A stretch of 64,000 nt of DNA from an uncultured Candidatus Saccharibacteria bacterium (GCA_964544935.1 CAZJDZ010000004.1:15802-79801); one strand, 5' to 3'. Shown: positions 48,294 to 57,714, counted from the stretch's first letter. Notes: generated from the letters alone by a model not told the origin. Numbers and translations: made by a program.

Positions 48294-48555
48294 AAAATAG
48301 TTAGTTTGGATGTGAGTTGTGTGTCGGCCTGTTAAGTTCAGCGCCGGCCATTTTTGTTAAAAAAATTAAAAATAAGAAAATTATTTCATCTGCTTTGTTG
48401 CATATAATTTTTGTTCCACGCGTCGTACTAGAAGTACGCCTTGGTCTCAAAAATTGTATGCGCCGCGCATCTAAAACAATTTTCTTGTTTTTTATAGTTA
48501 TACATTATTATTTTACAAACCTTGTTGCTATACGTTTTTTGCAGGATGTATTTTT

Positions 48556-48586
48556 GCTAAAAGCTGCTAGCTACAAGCTAATTGCT
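48556..48586 (+). repeat. AGCT-heptad repeat (GCTAAAAGCTGCTAGCTACAAGCTAATTGCT) just upstream of the nusA start
   Basis: 17/18 match to AGCTACAAGCTAATAGCT at 1361 and to its reverse complement at 24440. Confidence 0.55.
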
Positions 48587-48593
48587 ATTCATT

Positions 48594-49865
48594 ATGTTAG
48601 ACATCAAAGCCCTAAAAGTTGCTCTTGAGCAGCTTGAACAAGAAAAGAAGATCGCTCATGAGAAAGTTGTTGACGCAGTAGAGAAGTCACTCGCTGCTGC
48701 ATACCAAAAAGAGTATGGAAAGCGTGGACAAATTGTTCGCTGTCAGATTAACTTTGAAACAGGAGAAACAAGTTTTGAACAAGTGAAGATCGTTGTTGAT
48801 GAAACAACAGTTCGTATGCCGGTTGAAGGTGAGGAAGAGGAAGTTACTCCAGTTAAGGAAGCTGATGAAACAGCAGAAGGGCTCCTCCCTCGTTACAACG
48901 AAGAGCGTCATATTCTTCTCTCAACAGCAAAGCTTCTCAAGAAGAATGCAGAGCTTGGTGAAGAAATCGTCTTCCCACTTGATAACCAAGATGACTTCGG
49001 TCGTATCGCAGCGCAGACTGCAAAGCAGGTTATCGTCCAGAAGCTTCGTGAAGCAGAGCGTGAGAGTATCGTTGGTGAATTCACTGACAAGGAAAACACT
49101 ATTGTCTCAGGTGTTGTTCAGCGTGTAGAACGCGGAGCAGTGTTTGTTGATCTTGGTCGTACTACTGCTATCCTTCCATATGAAGAGCAGATCACACAGG
49201 AACGTCTTCGTCCTGGAGAGCGTATCCGTGCGTACCTTTTCTCTATTGAAGAAGGGTTCCGTGGACTCTCTATCCGTCTTTCACGTTCACATCCAAAATT
49301 CTTAATCGAACTTTTCAAAAATGAAAGTCAGGAAATCGCTCAAGGAACTGTAGAAATCGTAGCAGTTGCTCGTGAACCAGGAAGTCGCTCAAAGATCGCC
49401 GTAAAATCAAACGATGAACGCGTAGATCCAATCGGAGCATGTGTTGGTCAGCGTGGTGTGAGAGTATCAGCTATTACAGAAGAACTCTCTGGTGAGAAAA
49501 TCGATGTTATCGAATGGTCACCGGATGCTCGTCGTTTTATCGCGACAGCACTCTCCCCTGCTAAGGCAGTCTCTATCGAACTTGATGAAGCAGAAAAGAA
49601 AGCAACAGTTACTGTTACAAGAGATGAGCAGTCACTCGCTATTGGAAAAGGAGGACAGAACGTTCGTCTTGCTGCTAAACTTACTGGATGGAAGATTGAT
49701 ATTGTTTCTGGTGGTGAAATGGTTGCAGAGGCTGATGAAGCTGGCATCCTAACAGCACAGAGTACTGTTACTGATGAAACAATCACAGAAGAAGTAGAAG
49801 AAGTTCTTGAAGCTCTTAATGTTACAGAAGAAGTTGTAGCAGAAACTGTAGAAGAAGCTAAATAG
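48594..49865 (+). CDS. nusA: transcription termination/antitermination factor NusA
   Basis: N-terminal domain, S1 and two KH domains, acidic C-terminal tail; ORF track start 48582 is TTG. Confidence 0.9.
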   Translation: MLDIKALKVALEQLEQEKKIAHEKVVDAVEKSLAAAYQKEYGKRGQIVRCQINFETGETSFEQVKIVVDETTVRMPVEGEEEEVTPVKEADETAEGLLPRYNEERHILLSTAKLLKKNAELGEEIVFPLDNQDDFGRIAAQTAKQVIVQKLREAERESIVGEFTDKENTIVSGVVQRVERGAVFVDLGRTTAILPYEEQITQERLRPGERIRAYLFSIEEGFRGLSIRLSRSHPKFLIELFKNESQEIAQGTVEIVAVAREPGSRSKIAVKSNDERVDPIGACVGQRGVRVSAITEELSGEKIDVIEWSPDARRFIATALSPAKAVSIELDEAEKKATVTVTRDEQSLAIGKGGQNVRLAAKLTGWKIDIVSGGEMVAEADEAGILTAQSTVTDETITEEVEEVLEALNVTEEVVAETVEEAK

Positions 49866-49913
49866 TTTATATTTACTAATCCCTAGTCCTTAAAAACTAA
49901 CTACTATCACCCT

Positions 49914-50444
49914 ATGAATTTACTTCACGATATTACTCCGGGGAAAAATATTCCACAAGAAATTAATGTTATTGTAGAAATTGAAAAAGGTTCAAAGAAC
50001 AAGTACGAGCTCGACAAAGAAACAGGACTTATCAAGCTAGATCGTGTTATGTACACAAGTCAGGATTACCCATTTGATTACGGATTCGTTCCTCAGACAC
50101 ATTGGCATGATGGAGACCCTCTTGATGTGGTCCTCCTCACTACTCATCCGCTTGTCCCAGGACTTCTCCTTACAGCTCGTCCAGTTGGAGTGCTTGATAT
50201 GGTTGATGACGGAGAGAGTGATGCTAAGATAATTGCAGTTCCAGTAAAGGATCCTAGGTGGAATGAAGTGAAGGATCTTAAGGATGTTAATTCTCACACT
50301 CTCGAAGAGATCAAGCATTTCTTTGAAACATACAAGCAGATCCAGAAGAAAGAAGTTACTATCCCAACTATCCGCGACGCAAAAGCTGCGATGGAAGTAA
50401 TTACAGAAGGTGTGGAACTCTACAAGAAAGAATTTAATAAATAA
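49914..50444 (+). CDS. ppa: inorganic pyrophosphatase (family I)
   Basis: DYPFDYGFVPQTHWHDGDPLDVVLL active-site region. Confidence 0.9.
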   Translation: MNLLHDITPGKNIPQEINVIVEIEKGSKNKYELDKETGLIKLDRVMYTSQDYPFDYGFVPQTHWHDGDPLDVVLLTTHPLVPGLLLTARPVGVLDMVDDGESDAKIIAVPVKDPRWNEVKDLKDVNSHTLEEIKHFFETYKQIQKKEVTIPTIRDAKAAMEVITEGVELYKKEFNK

Positions 50445-50521
50445 CTAATTGGCATTGAGTCAGACTGTTTGTTCCTCCACCTGCTGGCTCCGGAACTCTT
50501 CGTCGCTCTTCGCTCCTCGAT

Positions 50522-51643
50522 ATGAAAATTGAAAAGAAAGACTTACCAAAAGGATTGGTAGAATTAAAAATCGTTGTTGATGAAAAAGAACTTGAAGCTT
50601 ATCACGATAAAGCCCTTACTGCTGTACAACAAGCGGTAGAAGTTGATGGTTTCCGTAAAGGAAATGCGCCAGAAGATCTTATCATCAAGAAGTACGGTGA
50701 TATGGTTATCCTAGAAGAGATGGCTAATTTTGCACTTCGTGCAGCATATGTGAAAGCTGTTGAAGATCATAAGCTTAATCCAATCTCAGATCCACAAGTA
50801 ACAATCACAAAGATTGCTAAGAACAATCCCCTTGAACTCACTATCACCGTTCCTGTGATGCCAGACATTACACTTCCTTCATACAAGAAGATTGCAAAAG
50901 AAGCTGTAACAGATGGAGAAAAAATCGAAGTTACTGACAAGGATATCGAAGTTGTTCTTGAAGAACTTCGTAAGGGTCGCGCTACACAGCACGCTCATGA
51001 CCATGAAGGACATGATCATGCTCACGATCATCATGATCACGAAGGTCATGACCACCATGACCATGACCACACTCACGTCGAGGAAGCGAAGGAAGGTGAT
51101 GTGAAAAAAGAAGTTGTCCTCCCTGAGCTTAACGATGAGTTTGCGCAGAGTTTTGGTCCAGAGTTCAAGACACTTGCTGAACTTAAGAGTAAGGTAGGTG
51201 AAAACTTAAAGCTTGAAAAAGAGCAGAAGCTTCGTGAGAAGCGCCGTACTGCAATCATGGAGAAGCTTGTTGCAGAAACAAAGACAGAACTCCCGGATGT
51301 TATCATCGAAGGAGAGCTCAACAACATGCTTGCACAGATGCGTGCAGATATTACTCGTTTCGGTGGAACATGGGAAGAATACCTTGCTCACTCTAAGAAG
51401 ACAGAAGAAGAGATTAAGAAAGACTGGATCTCAGACGCGCATAAGCGTGCTATGAGTCAGCTTCTTCTTCATAAGATCGGACAAGCAGAAAAACTAACTG
51501 CAACAGAAGAAGAAGTAGAAGTAGAACTTGTTCGCCTTCTTGCGACAGTTCAGGATGCTGATGAGGAACGTGCAAAGGCGTATCTTTATCAGGCGCTTAC
51601 CAACGACAAAGTTCTCGCCTTTTTGGAAAAGGTCGCAGACTAA
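50522..51643 (+). CDS. tig: trigger factor-like chaperone lacking PPIase domain, with His/Asp-rich insertion
   Basis: N-terminal ribosome-binding domain VDGFRKGNAPEDLI (GFRxGxxP motif); C-terminal arm domain; HAHDHEGHDHAHDHHDHEGHDHHDHDHTH insert; 373 aa. Confidence 0.7.
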   Translation: MKIEKKDLPKGLVELKIVVDEKELEAYHDKALTAVQQAVEVDGFRKGNAPEDLIIKKYGDMVILEEMANFALRAAYVKAVEDHKLNPISDPQVTITKIAKNNPLELTITVPVMPDITLPSYKKIAKEAVTDGEKIEVTDKDIEVVLEELRKGRATQHAHDHEGHDHAHDHHDHEGHDHHDHDHTHVEEAKEGDVKKEVVLPELNDEFAQSFGPEFKTLAELKSKVGENLKLEKEQKLREKRRTAIMEKLVAETKTELPDVIIEGELNNMLAQMRADITRFGGTWEEYLAHSKKTEEEIKKDWISDAHKRAMSQLLLHKIGQAEKLTATEEEVEVELVRLLATVQDADEERAKAYLYQALTNDKVLAFLEKVAD

Positions 51644-51666
51644 CGCGGACCTCGCAGAAAGATACG

Positions 51667-51704
51667 AATACAAAAGCAGTGCCGTAAGGCACTGCTTTTG
51701 TATT
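51667..51704. terminator. bidirectional intrinsic terminator (AATACAAAAGCAGTGCC-GTAA-GGCACTGCTTTTGTATT)
   Basis: between convergent tig and the DoxX gene; outer stem identical to the 2202 hairpin. Confidence 0.6.
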
Positions 51705-51727
51705 GTATTTAATCTGCTAAGTCCGTT

Positions 51728-52129
51728 CTAGTTCGCGTGTTCTGCAGAAACTCTCTTCTTTGGGTGAACAGCACAATCTTCACAAGCACAACCAATAGCA
51801 GCCATGATACCTCCAATGATTGCAATGTTTTTAAGTGCCATAATTACATTGAGTGCGTTACCAAGATCTCGATGTACAACAACCGTTACAAGTGCGGTGA
51901 ATCCGATAAGAATGTATCCAGAGAGTCTTGTTTTATATCCCCAAGCAAATGCACCTGCAACACCTATTTCAATTGCAATTACAATAAGGGTGGCAAGAGG
52001 CGCAAGTGGTACACCCATACTAGCAATAGAGCCTGAGGTGTCTGTGAAATGCATTAATTTTTGAACACCAGCAACAATAAATAAAAGTGCGATTAAAATA
52101 CGTGAGGTTTGAGCGTAATCAAGTTTCAT
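51728..52129 (-). CDS. DoxX-family membrane protein
   Basis: 4-TM, 133 aa, LFIVAGVQKL... Confidence 0.65.
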   Translation of the reverse strand: MKLDYAQTSRILIALLFIVAGVQKLMHFTDTSGSIASMGVPLAPLATLIVIAIEIGVAGAFAWGYKTRLSGYILIGFTALVTVVVHRDLGNALNVIMALKNIAIIGGIMAAIGCACEDCAVHPKKRVSAEHAN

Positions 52130-52228
52130 ATATGAAATATAATTCTAAGAATAATGCCCTTTCGGGTTGTTCTTAGTGTAGCATGAGATACACTTCCTCG
52201 TCTGTTAGTTGCTATACAAAGTAAAGGA

Positions 52229-52525
52229 TTACCGTAGCTTATCTGTAAACTCTGTAAGTACTTCTTCTACAGTTTGTGAAATAAGCGCATTAAATTCTGG
52301 GTGCTTTCTTGTTATATTGGTAAGTACTTCTTCTATATTTCCTGCCTCCATTTGCTTTGTAAATATTGCAGCTTCATCACCTGTAAGAATTTTTGCAATA
52401 ACAATAAGCGTTCTTTTTAAAATATTTTCTGTAAGTCCTATAACAACAGCCTCTTTAATATCCTCTGGCAGGTTAGCTATAGCAAGCCTTTTCTCTATTT
52501 CTTGTGTAATGTGTGCGTTATTCAT
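52229..52525 (-). CDS. hypothetical 98-aa protein, paralog of 27769-28065
   Basis: see 27769-28065. Confidence 0.4.
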   Translation of the reverse strand: MNNAHITQEIEKRLAIANLPEDIKEAVVIGLTENILKRTLIVIAKILTGDEAAIFTKQMEAGNIEEVLTNITRKHPEFNALISQTVEEVLTEFTDKLR

Positions 52526-52530
52526 ATAAT

Positions 52531-55245
52531 TTATTTGGTAAACAGAGTAACATGCTTAAGAATATCTTCAGGAATCTTTCCATCAAATTGTGAAAAATCA
52601 ACAACATCCCCTGCATGAATATTGTCTATACCATGTGGGAATATTTTTGCTTCTTGTATAGCGGCAAGATATTTTGATATCTCAATATTTTTTGCTTGTT
52701 CTGAAAGAGCTGTAAACGCATCACTCTGCATGAGGTGGTCTTTTACGATAGTCCAAAGATTCTCATCTTCTTCAACTATATGAATCATCTCATGAGCAGG
52801 TGCTGCTACAGCTTCTTGTGCTACTTGTTCACTGGCAGCTTGAGTAATAGCTTCTACATCAGGAGCTGACGCAGCGCTTGCCACCACTTCAGGTACAGGT
52901 ACTGGAGCACTCGCAGCAGACTCTATCTGACTAACATCAAGCCCTGCAGTATGTGGCGCTACATCTGTTGGGAACAAACCACTTATATATTGTCCAATTG
53001 CATAGCCTGCAAAAGCAGATACTGTTATTGCTCCGGCGCCCATAACTTGTTTTCGTAATACTTTTACTTTTCTCCCAGCAGCTTCTTCTTTTGCATATGT
53101 GTTCTCAAGAGCCTTATGTAAGGTCGCATAAAGACCAGCACCTGATGCTACTCTAAACACTGTAGCAAGTGCAAGCGCAGGTACAACAAGAGGCGCGCCA
53201 CTAGCACCAAGTCCTGCAATAGCGATACCAGTTCCGTACCGTACAGATTTTGGAAGCCTATTAAATTTCTCACCAAGAATCTCTACTTTTTCAAGAATAT
53301 TTTTTGCTGCACCTGTTGTTGTTTCTAATGCATTTTGTTGTAGATTATCTGTGCGCTTATCGACGGAACTAAGAGCTTCAAGAGCTTTATGTGATTCTGG
53401 AGATGTTGGAGAAGCAGTAAGAATAGATGCTATTTCTTCAGGATGAACATCAAAAGTATCACCTTCAGGTTGGGTTTCTTTTTTAGAAGCAGTATCTTTT
53501 GTAATAAGTCTATTGAAACCATTCCTAAATTTACTTTGCCACCCAGTAACTTGTTTAGCAAGCTCCTCTTCTTTTTTCTCAACTTTCTCAACAAGCTCTT
53601 CGACTTTCTTACCAAAATTTCTAAGTGTTCCAAGTATTCCGGTTCCTTTTAGGCGATGAGATGGTGGCGCATTTGGTTTAAGCGTAGCAGGTTTTTCCAC
53701 TATCACAGCATCAGGCGCATTTTTCGACTCATATTTCAATGCTTCATGTATTCCATCTCGCAAATTGTCCAAAGCTACATTTTCGTCAGGTAATTTAGGG
53801 AAGTCACTCACCGCTTCTTCTACTCGAGCCTTCACATCTTCCAAGGAAGGTTGTGCCGGTAATGCATCAATAACGATGCCTTTATCGGGGTTGTGAAAAC
53901 CTAAGCCTTCGTTACTTAGGTCCGGAACAGTACTTTCTTCAAAAATCCCCGGAGCAATTTCTATCTGATCTCTTGTGGTAGAGGTATTCACTCCACCGTA
54001 TCCAACCTTTTCTTCTGGAGCAATAAAATTATATGGTCTTGGAATTGAAGCTGTTGATACAGTATCGTTTTCAAGTGTGTCTGAAATGTCAGGTACTCCT
54101 TCGGTAGGCAGACTCTCAGCAGGAAACTCCACTTCCACAGGACGAGTATTTATATCGTCAGGACTTTGAGTAGGAGCAAAACCAGAAGTATCTTCCTCTT
54201 CATCAAGTTCCTTATTTTTAAGAATTAATTGGTTCAAAATATCTTTAAACTTTTGTCCCATGCCACTTATTTCTCCCACTATAAACGTATCAAAAAATAA
54301 GCTACCATCAGGAGATGAACCTTGTTTGGAAATATACTCAAGAATTGATTCTTTAAGTTTTTCGATTTCCAAAAAGTCACCAGAAGTAAGAGGTATTTTT
54401 TGCAACCCCCCTTCGGATAAGAATTTTAAGAATTCTGCAAGGGTTTTTGCTTGAGGAAGATTTTGTCGATTTGATTCAAAAGTTACTCGACAGAGACTGT
54501 CTTCACCCGCTTCTGTAATTTCTTTGAGAATGAGGCGATTAAGAACATCTTTAAATTCTTGACCTATGCCTTGAACCTCACCAATTGAAACAACATCAAA
54601 AAACATTTCACCTGCAGCAGGTATTTTTCCTTTAAGATCAAGTATATATTTGATAATTGCATTATTAAGAGTTTCTGCTGGTATAGAATTTCCACCAGAA
54701 AAAGGTATGTTTTTTATATTTTCTGATTCTAGTATTCCGAAAAATTCCAAACGACTTTTTGCTTGAAGAAGTTTTGGTTTAATTTCAAGTTCTATAACTC
54801 GATTTTCTGCAGACATTTCTTCAACCTGTGCAGCTCTTTTTTCTGCTTCTTTAAAAATAAGTTGTTCAAGAGTATCCTTGAAACTTTTGCCCGCATAGCT
54901 AATTTCACCTATATTGAAAGTATTAAAAAACGTAGCTCCCTTAGCTGGTATTTGTCCATGCAGCCCTTCAAGATATTTTTTAATTTCATTCGCGAGGGTG
55001 CTAACTGCTATCGAGTCACCTTTTTCTAATGGTATTTTTTTTAGCTTCCCTTCTTCAAGTATTTCAAAAAATTCTATAAGTGTGTTTGCTTTACGTAGTC
55101 TTGGTTCAATCTCCAACAAAAACATCATTCGTGCATAGTTTGTAGGGAAAGGGTCTGTTTCTGGCGTTTCTTTAGGTAGAACATCTGGAGAAGTGGTGTT
55201 TGGAACAGGAAGGTCTTCTTTTTTTCTGAAATGAAAGAATCGCAT
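52531..55245 (-). CDS. large (904 aa) membrane protein with three N-terminal tandem roughly 100-aa repeats, central TM region and possible LysM-like C-terminus
   Basis: repeats FFEILEEGKLKKIPL... / FFGILESENIKNIPF... / FLKFLSEGGLQKIPL...; TM segments GTGIAIAGLGASGAPLVVPALALATVF and AGAITVSAFAGYAIGQYISGLF. Confidence 0.45.
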   Translation of the reverse strand: MRFFHFRKKEDLPVPNTTSPDVLPKETPETDPFPTNYARMMFLLEIEPRLRKANTLIEFFEILEEGKLKKIPLEKGDSIAVSTLANEIKKYLEGLHGQIPAKGATFFNTFNIGEISYAGKSFKDTLEQLIFKEAEKRAAQVEEMSAENRVIELEIKPKLLQAKSRLEFFGILESENIKNIPFSGGNSIPAETLNNAIIKYILDLKGKIPAAGEMFFDVVSIGEVQGIGQEFKDVLNRLILKEITEAGEDSLCRVTFESNRQNLPQAKTLAEFLKFLSEGGLQKIPLTSGDFLEIEKLKESILEYISKQGSSPDGSLFFDTFIVGEISGMGQKFKDILNQLILKNKELDEEEDTSGFAPTQSPDDINTRPVEVEFPAESLPTEGVPDISDTLENDTVSTASIPRPYNFIAPEEKVGYGGVNTSTTRDQIEIAPGIFEESTVPDLSNEGLGFHNPDKGIVIDALPAQPSLEDVKARVEEAVSDFPKLPDENVALDNLRDGIHEALKYESKNAPDAVIVEKPATLKPNAPPSHRLKGTGILGTLRNFGKKVEELVEKVEKKEEELAKQVTGWQSKFRNGFNRLITKDTASKKETQPEGDTFDVHPEEIASILTASPTSPESHKALEALSSVDKRTDNLQQNALETTTGAAKNILEKVEILGEKFNRLPKSVRYGTGIAIAGLGASGAPLVVPALALATVFRVASGAGLYATLHKALENTYAKEEAAGRKVKVLRKQVMGAGAITVSAFAGYAIGQYISGLFPTDVAPHTAGLDVSQIESAASAPVPVPEVVASAASAPDVEAITQAASEQVAQEAVAAPAHEMIHIVEEDENLWTIVKDHLMQSDAFTALSEQAKNIEISKYLAAIQEAKIFPHGIDNIHAGDVVDFSQFDGKIPEDILKHVTLFTK

Positions 55246-55276
55246 AGATGCTATTTAGTATAGCCTATTTATTTAC

Positions 55277-56002
55277 TTAAAAGAGCGAGATAACCACAGC
55301 TGCAGTGATTGCAGCTGTTTCTGCTCGTAGTGTTGTTTCACCAAGAGATACGCGAGTAAAACCTTTCTCCTTAAATGTGGTTTCTTCACTGTCTGACCAT
55401 CCGCCTTCTGGCCCAATAAAAAAAGCAACAGAAGCAGAACTATCTTCGGTAAGACTATTTTTTCGACGTACAACCTCTTTTAGTGGTGTACCAAAAAGTG
55501 TTGCAATAAATACGTTCTCTTGTGAGACTTTTTCAGACGCCAGAATATAAGCTTTTTCAAGTGAAATAGTTTCATGGAGAGTAAGCAAGTCCCCTCGCCC
55601 AGATTGTTCACTAGCTTCTTTGATAATAGTCGTGAGTCTCTCGTAGTTAAGGAGTTTCTTTTCGGTTCTTTCGGTAATGACTGGAACAATATCAGTAACG
55701 CCAAGCTCAATTGCTTTTTCAAGAGCAAATTCAAAGAGGTCTTTCTTGATAACCGAGATAAAGAGATAGCTTTTTCGCTTTGGAATATAAGTAGGGTTTT
55801 TTTGTGAGAGAGAAAGAATACATCTAGTACTAGATGTTTCTTGTAATGTGTAGGTATATTCACTGCCGTCACCGTTAAATATAATAACGGAATCACCAGA
55901 TATATATCTAAACACTTTTAACCACTGCTTAATTGTAGGAACGTCTTCTATAACAACTTCTTCACCAAGGGGTTGTGATACGTAGAAGCGATGTAATCGC
56001 AT
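55277..56002 (-). CDS. rsmE: 16S rRNA (uracil1498-N3)-methyltransferase RsmE (SPOUT)
   Basis: MRLHRFYV N-terminus with PUA-like domain; C-terminal SPOUT FFIGPEGGWSDSE...ETAAI; ORF track start 56038. Confidence 0.8.
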   Translation of the reverse strand: MRLHRFYVSQPLGEEVVIEDVPTIKQWLKVFRYISGDSVIIFNGDGSEYTYTLQETSSTRCILSLSQKNPTYIPKRKSYLFISVIKKDLFEFALEKAIELGVTDIVPVITERTEKKLLNYERLTTIIKEASEQSGRGDLLTLHETISLEKAYILASEKVSQENVFIATLFGTPLKEVVRRKNSLTEDSSASVAFFIGPEGGWSDSEETTFKEKGFTRVSLGETTLRAETAAITAAVVISLF

Positions 56003-56095
56003 AACCATTAGCCTACATAAGCTAAAAAGACATTGCAACTAAATGAAAAGACAATCTTTTTAAGAGACAGAATATGTTGTAAAAAGTAAAAGACA

Positions 56096-56104
56096 GTTAT
56101 CCAC
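56096..56104 (+). promoter_or_regulatory. perfect DnaA box TTATCCACA
   Basis: exact consensus 9-mer in a non-coding stretch; isolated. Confidence 0.3.
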
Positions 56105-56413
56105 AGTTGCCCACTTGCATGTAAAAGACATTGTAGTATTATTAAGGACAGGGAAGGAGTAGTGACCAAAAACGCTCACCCGTGCGTTAATCGGGATATC
56201 AAGTTTTGCGCACAAATCCTTCCACAATTGTTCTTTCACATAGCGGACCATAAAGATCATTATTAAGATCTCCGCACATTAAACCCCATAAAGGTTTGCA
56301 TGAAGTTTGTTTCTATCTTTAACAGGTGAGGTTATCTTGTCCTCCTCTGTCAAAATGTTCTTTTTATAAGCTTTTAGGTTGCGATAACCCATGTAGCTAT
56401 AATCTTTCTCAAA

Positions 56414-56471
56414 GCCCCTTGCATTGTGTGTACGAATCCTCTTTCGTACATAGAATGCAAGGGGCTTTTTT
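56414..56471 (+). terminator. long hairpin terminator (23-bp stem, 2 mismatches, loop TCCTCT, then T6)
   Basis: GCCCCTTGCATTGTGTGTACGAA / TTCGTACATAGAATGCAAGGGGC followed by TTTTTT on the plus strand; implies a plus-strand transcript ending here. Confidence 0.55.
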
Positions 56472-56518
56472 ATTTCCCATTTTATATGTATATGTGTTTA
56501 TGAATATGTATATGAAAA

Positions 56519-56542
56519 GGGCGGTTGCTTGCGCAACCGCCC
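56519..56542 (-). terminator. intrinsic terminator (GGGCGGTTGC-TTGC-GCAACCGCCC)
   Basis: directly after the stop of 56559-57569 on the minus strand. Confidence 0.5.
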
Positions 56543-56558
56543 TGAGAACCCCCTTTCT

Positions 56559-57569
56559 TTACTTTTTGCTTCGACCCACAATCACAACCCCCAAGCCTAT
56601 GAGGATCACGAAGATGAATGCAGAGTAGAGCACGTACAGCTCTCCTGCCCAGTCGCCGCCACTTTCTTGGTTTTTTCCAAATGCGCCAAGCGTAAGTATG
56701 GCCATGAGAACCCCCCATGACACAGTGGTTATCAGTGGTCCATGCTTGTTGATGAAGAATCCACCAATGAAGGCAAATACATCTCCCACCCAGCGAGCAA
56801 CTGCCCCCTGCCACCCATTGAGGATGACGATGGAAACTGCAAGCGAGAGTATGGAGACTACCGTCATATACCACCATCCAGTGTCTCCTTGCCAACTCTT
56901 CACGAGCGCCTGAAGCACCGAGAGGTTGGTTTGATGTTTGGTCATCATTCCAACTTCAATGTAGATGTGACCCCCTGCTATCACAAGGACAATTGCCGAA
57001 GCAATAGCCCAAGAGCGAAGTAGATTTCTGAAAACAGCTTGAGCAATGGTGTCCCACTGCTCGAAATGGCTGAGGAAAAATCCAGTCGCAATGAGCAGCA
57101 GTGCGCCTGACTTATGAAACAGGAACGAGTCCTTTTCGGAATATGCATCTAGGAAAACCCAGATCGCGAAGAGAACCAACAGGACACCTGTCCAGAGCCA
57201 AGGTTTGTCCTTGTACTTTGTCCATGCAAAACCAGTAAGTTCTGCTCCTCCTTTAGCAATTCCTGCACCCGCATGACCAACTTTTTGTGCAGCAACGTGC
57301 GTACCATGAAGTACGTGAGGTTGTGCACGGCTAGCCATATGGGAAAAGGATTGTGCTCCAGAAACCAGAGCCGCAGCCATCTTGCTTGCCATTCTTGTGA
57401 TTGCAAGACGAATGGCGATGACGTCCCCAAACAGGAATACGCCATACAGTGCAAGAGCCAAAACAGCGCAGGCACCCAAAGCGTAACTCTTGGTCAAGAA
57501 GAAGACCAAGGCCAGTCCAAGCAAAAATGGCACAGGAATCCAGGCCAGGAGAAACATTCTGAAGTTCAT
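56559..57569 (-). CDS. hypothetical polytopic membrane protein, compositionally atypical (about 50% GC)
   Basis: at least 8 predicted TM helices; GC-rich codon usage (CTG, GCC, GGC) unlike the rest of the window. Confidence 0.5.
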   Translation of the reverse strand: MNFRMFLLAWIPVPFLLGLALVFFLTKSYALGACAVLALALYGVFLFGDVIAIRLAITRMASKMAAALVSGAQSFSHMASRAQPHVLHGTHVAAQKVGHAGAGIAKGGAELTGFAWTKYKDKPWLWTGVLLVLFAIWVFLDAYSEKDSFLFHKSGALLLIATGFFLSHFEQWDTIAQAVFRNLLRSWAIASAIVLVIAGGHIYIEVGMMTKHQTNLSVLQALVKSWQGDTGWWYMTVVSILSLAVSIVILNGWQGAVARWVGDVFAFIGGFFINKHGPLITTVSWGVLMAILTLGAFGKNQESGGDWAGELYVLYSAFIFVILIGLGVVIVGRSKK

Positions 57570-57714
57570 TGGGAAATCTCCAAAAAGATGAAAAAGTTTG
57601 TGAAAGTGCTGTAGATACCTTATTTAGGCAGAGCTACTCTGTTTTATATTGTATCATGTAATAATAGTATTGTCAATACCAATATTCCATAAAACCATTT
57701 ATATATAAACGATT

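Noticed and set aside
48317-48628. 103-aa ORF upstream of and overlapping nusA
   Set aside because: Low-complexity hydrophobic translation, no RBS, overlaps the nusA start. More likely part of the nusA 5' leader.
56326-56628. 100-aa plus-strand ORF
   Set aside because: Starts at GTG without an RBS and reads through two strong terminator hairpins.
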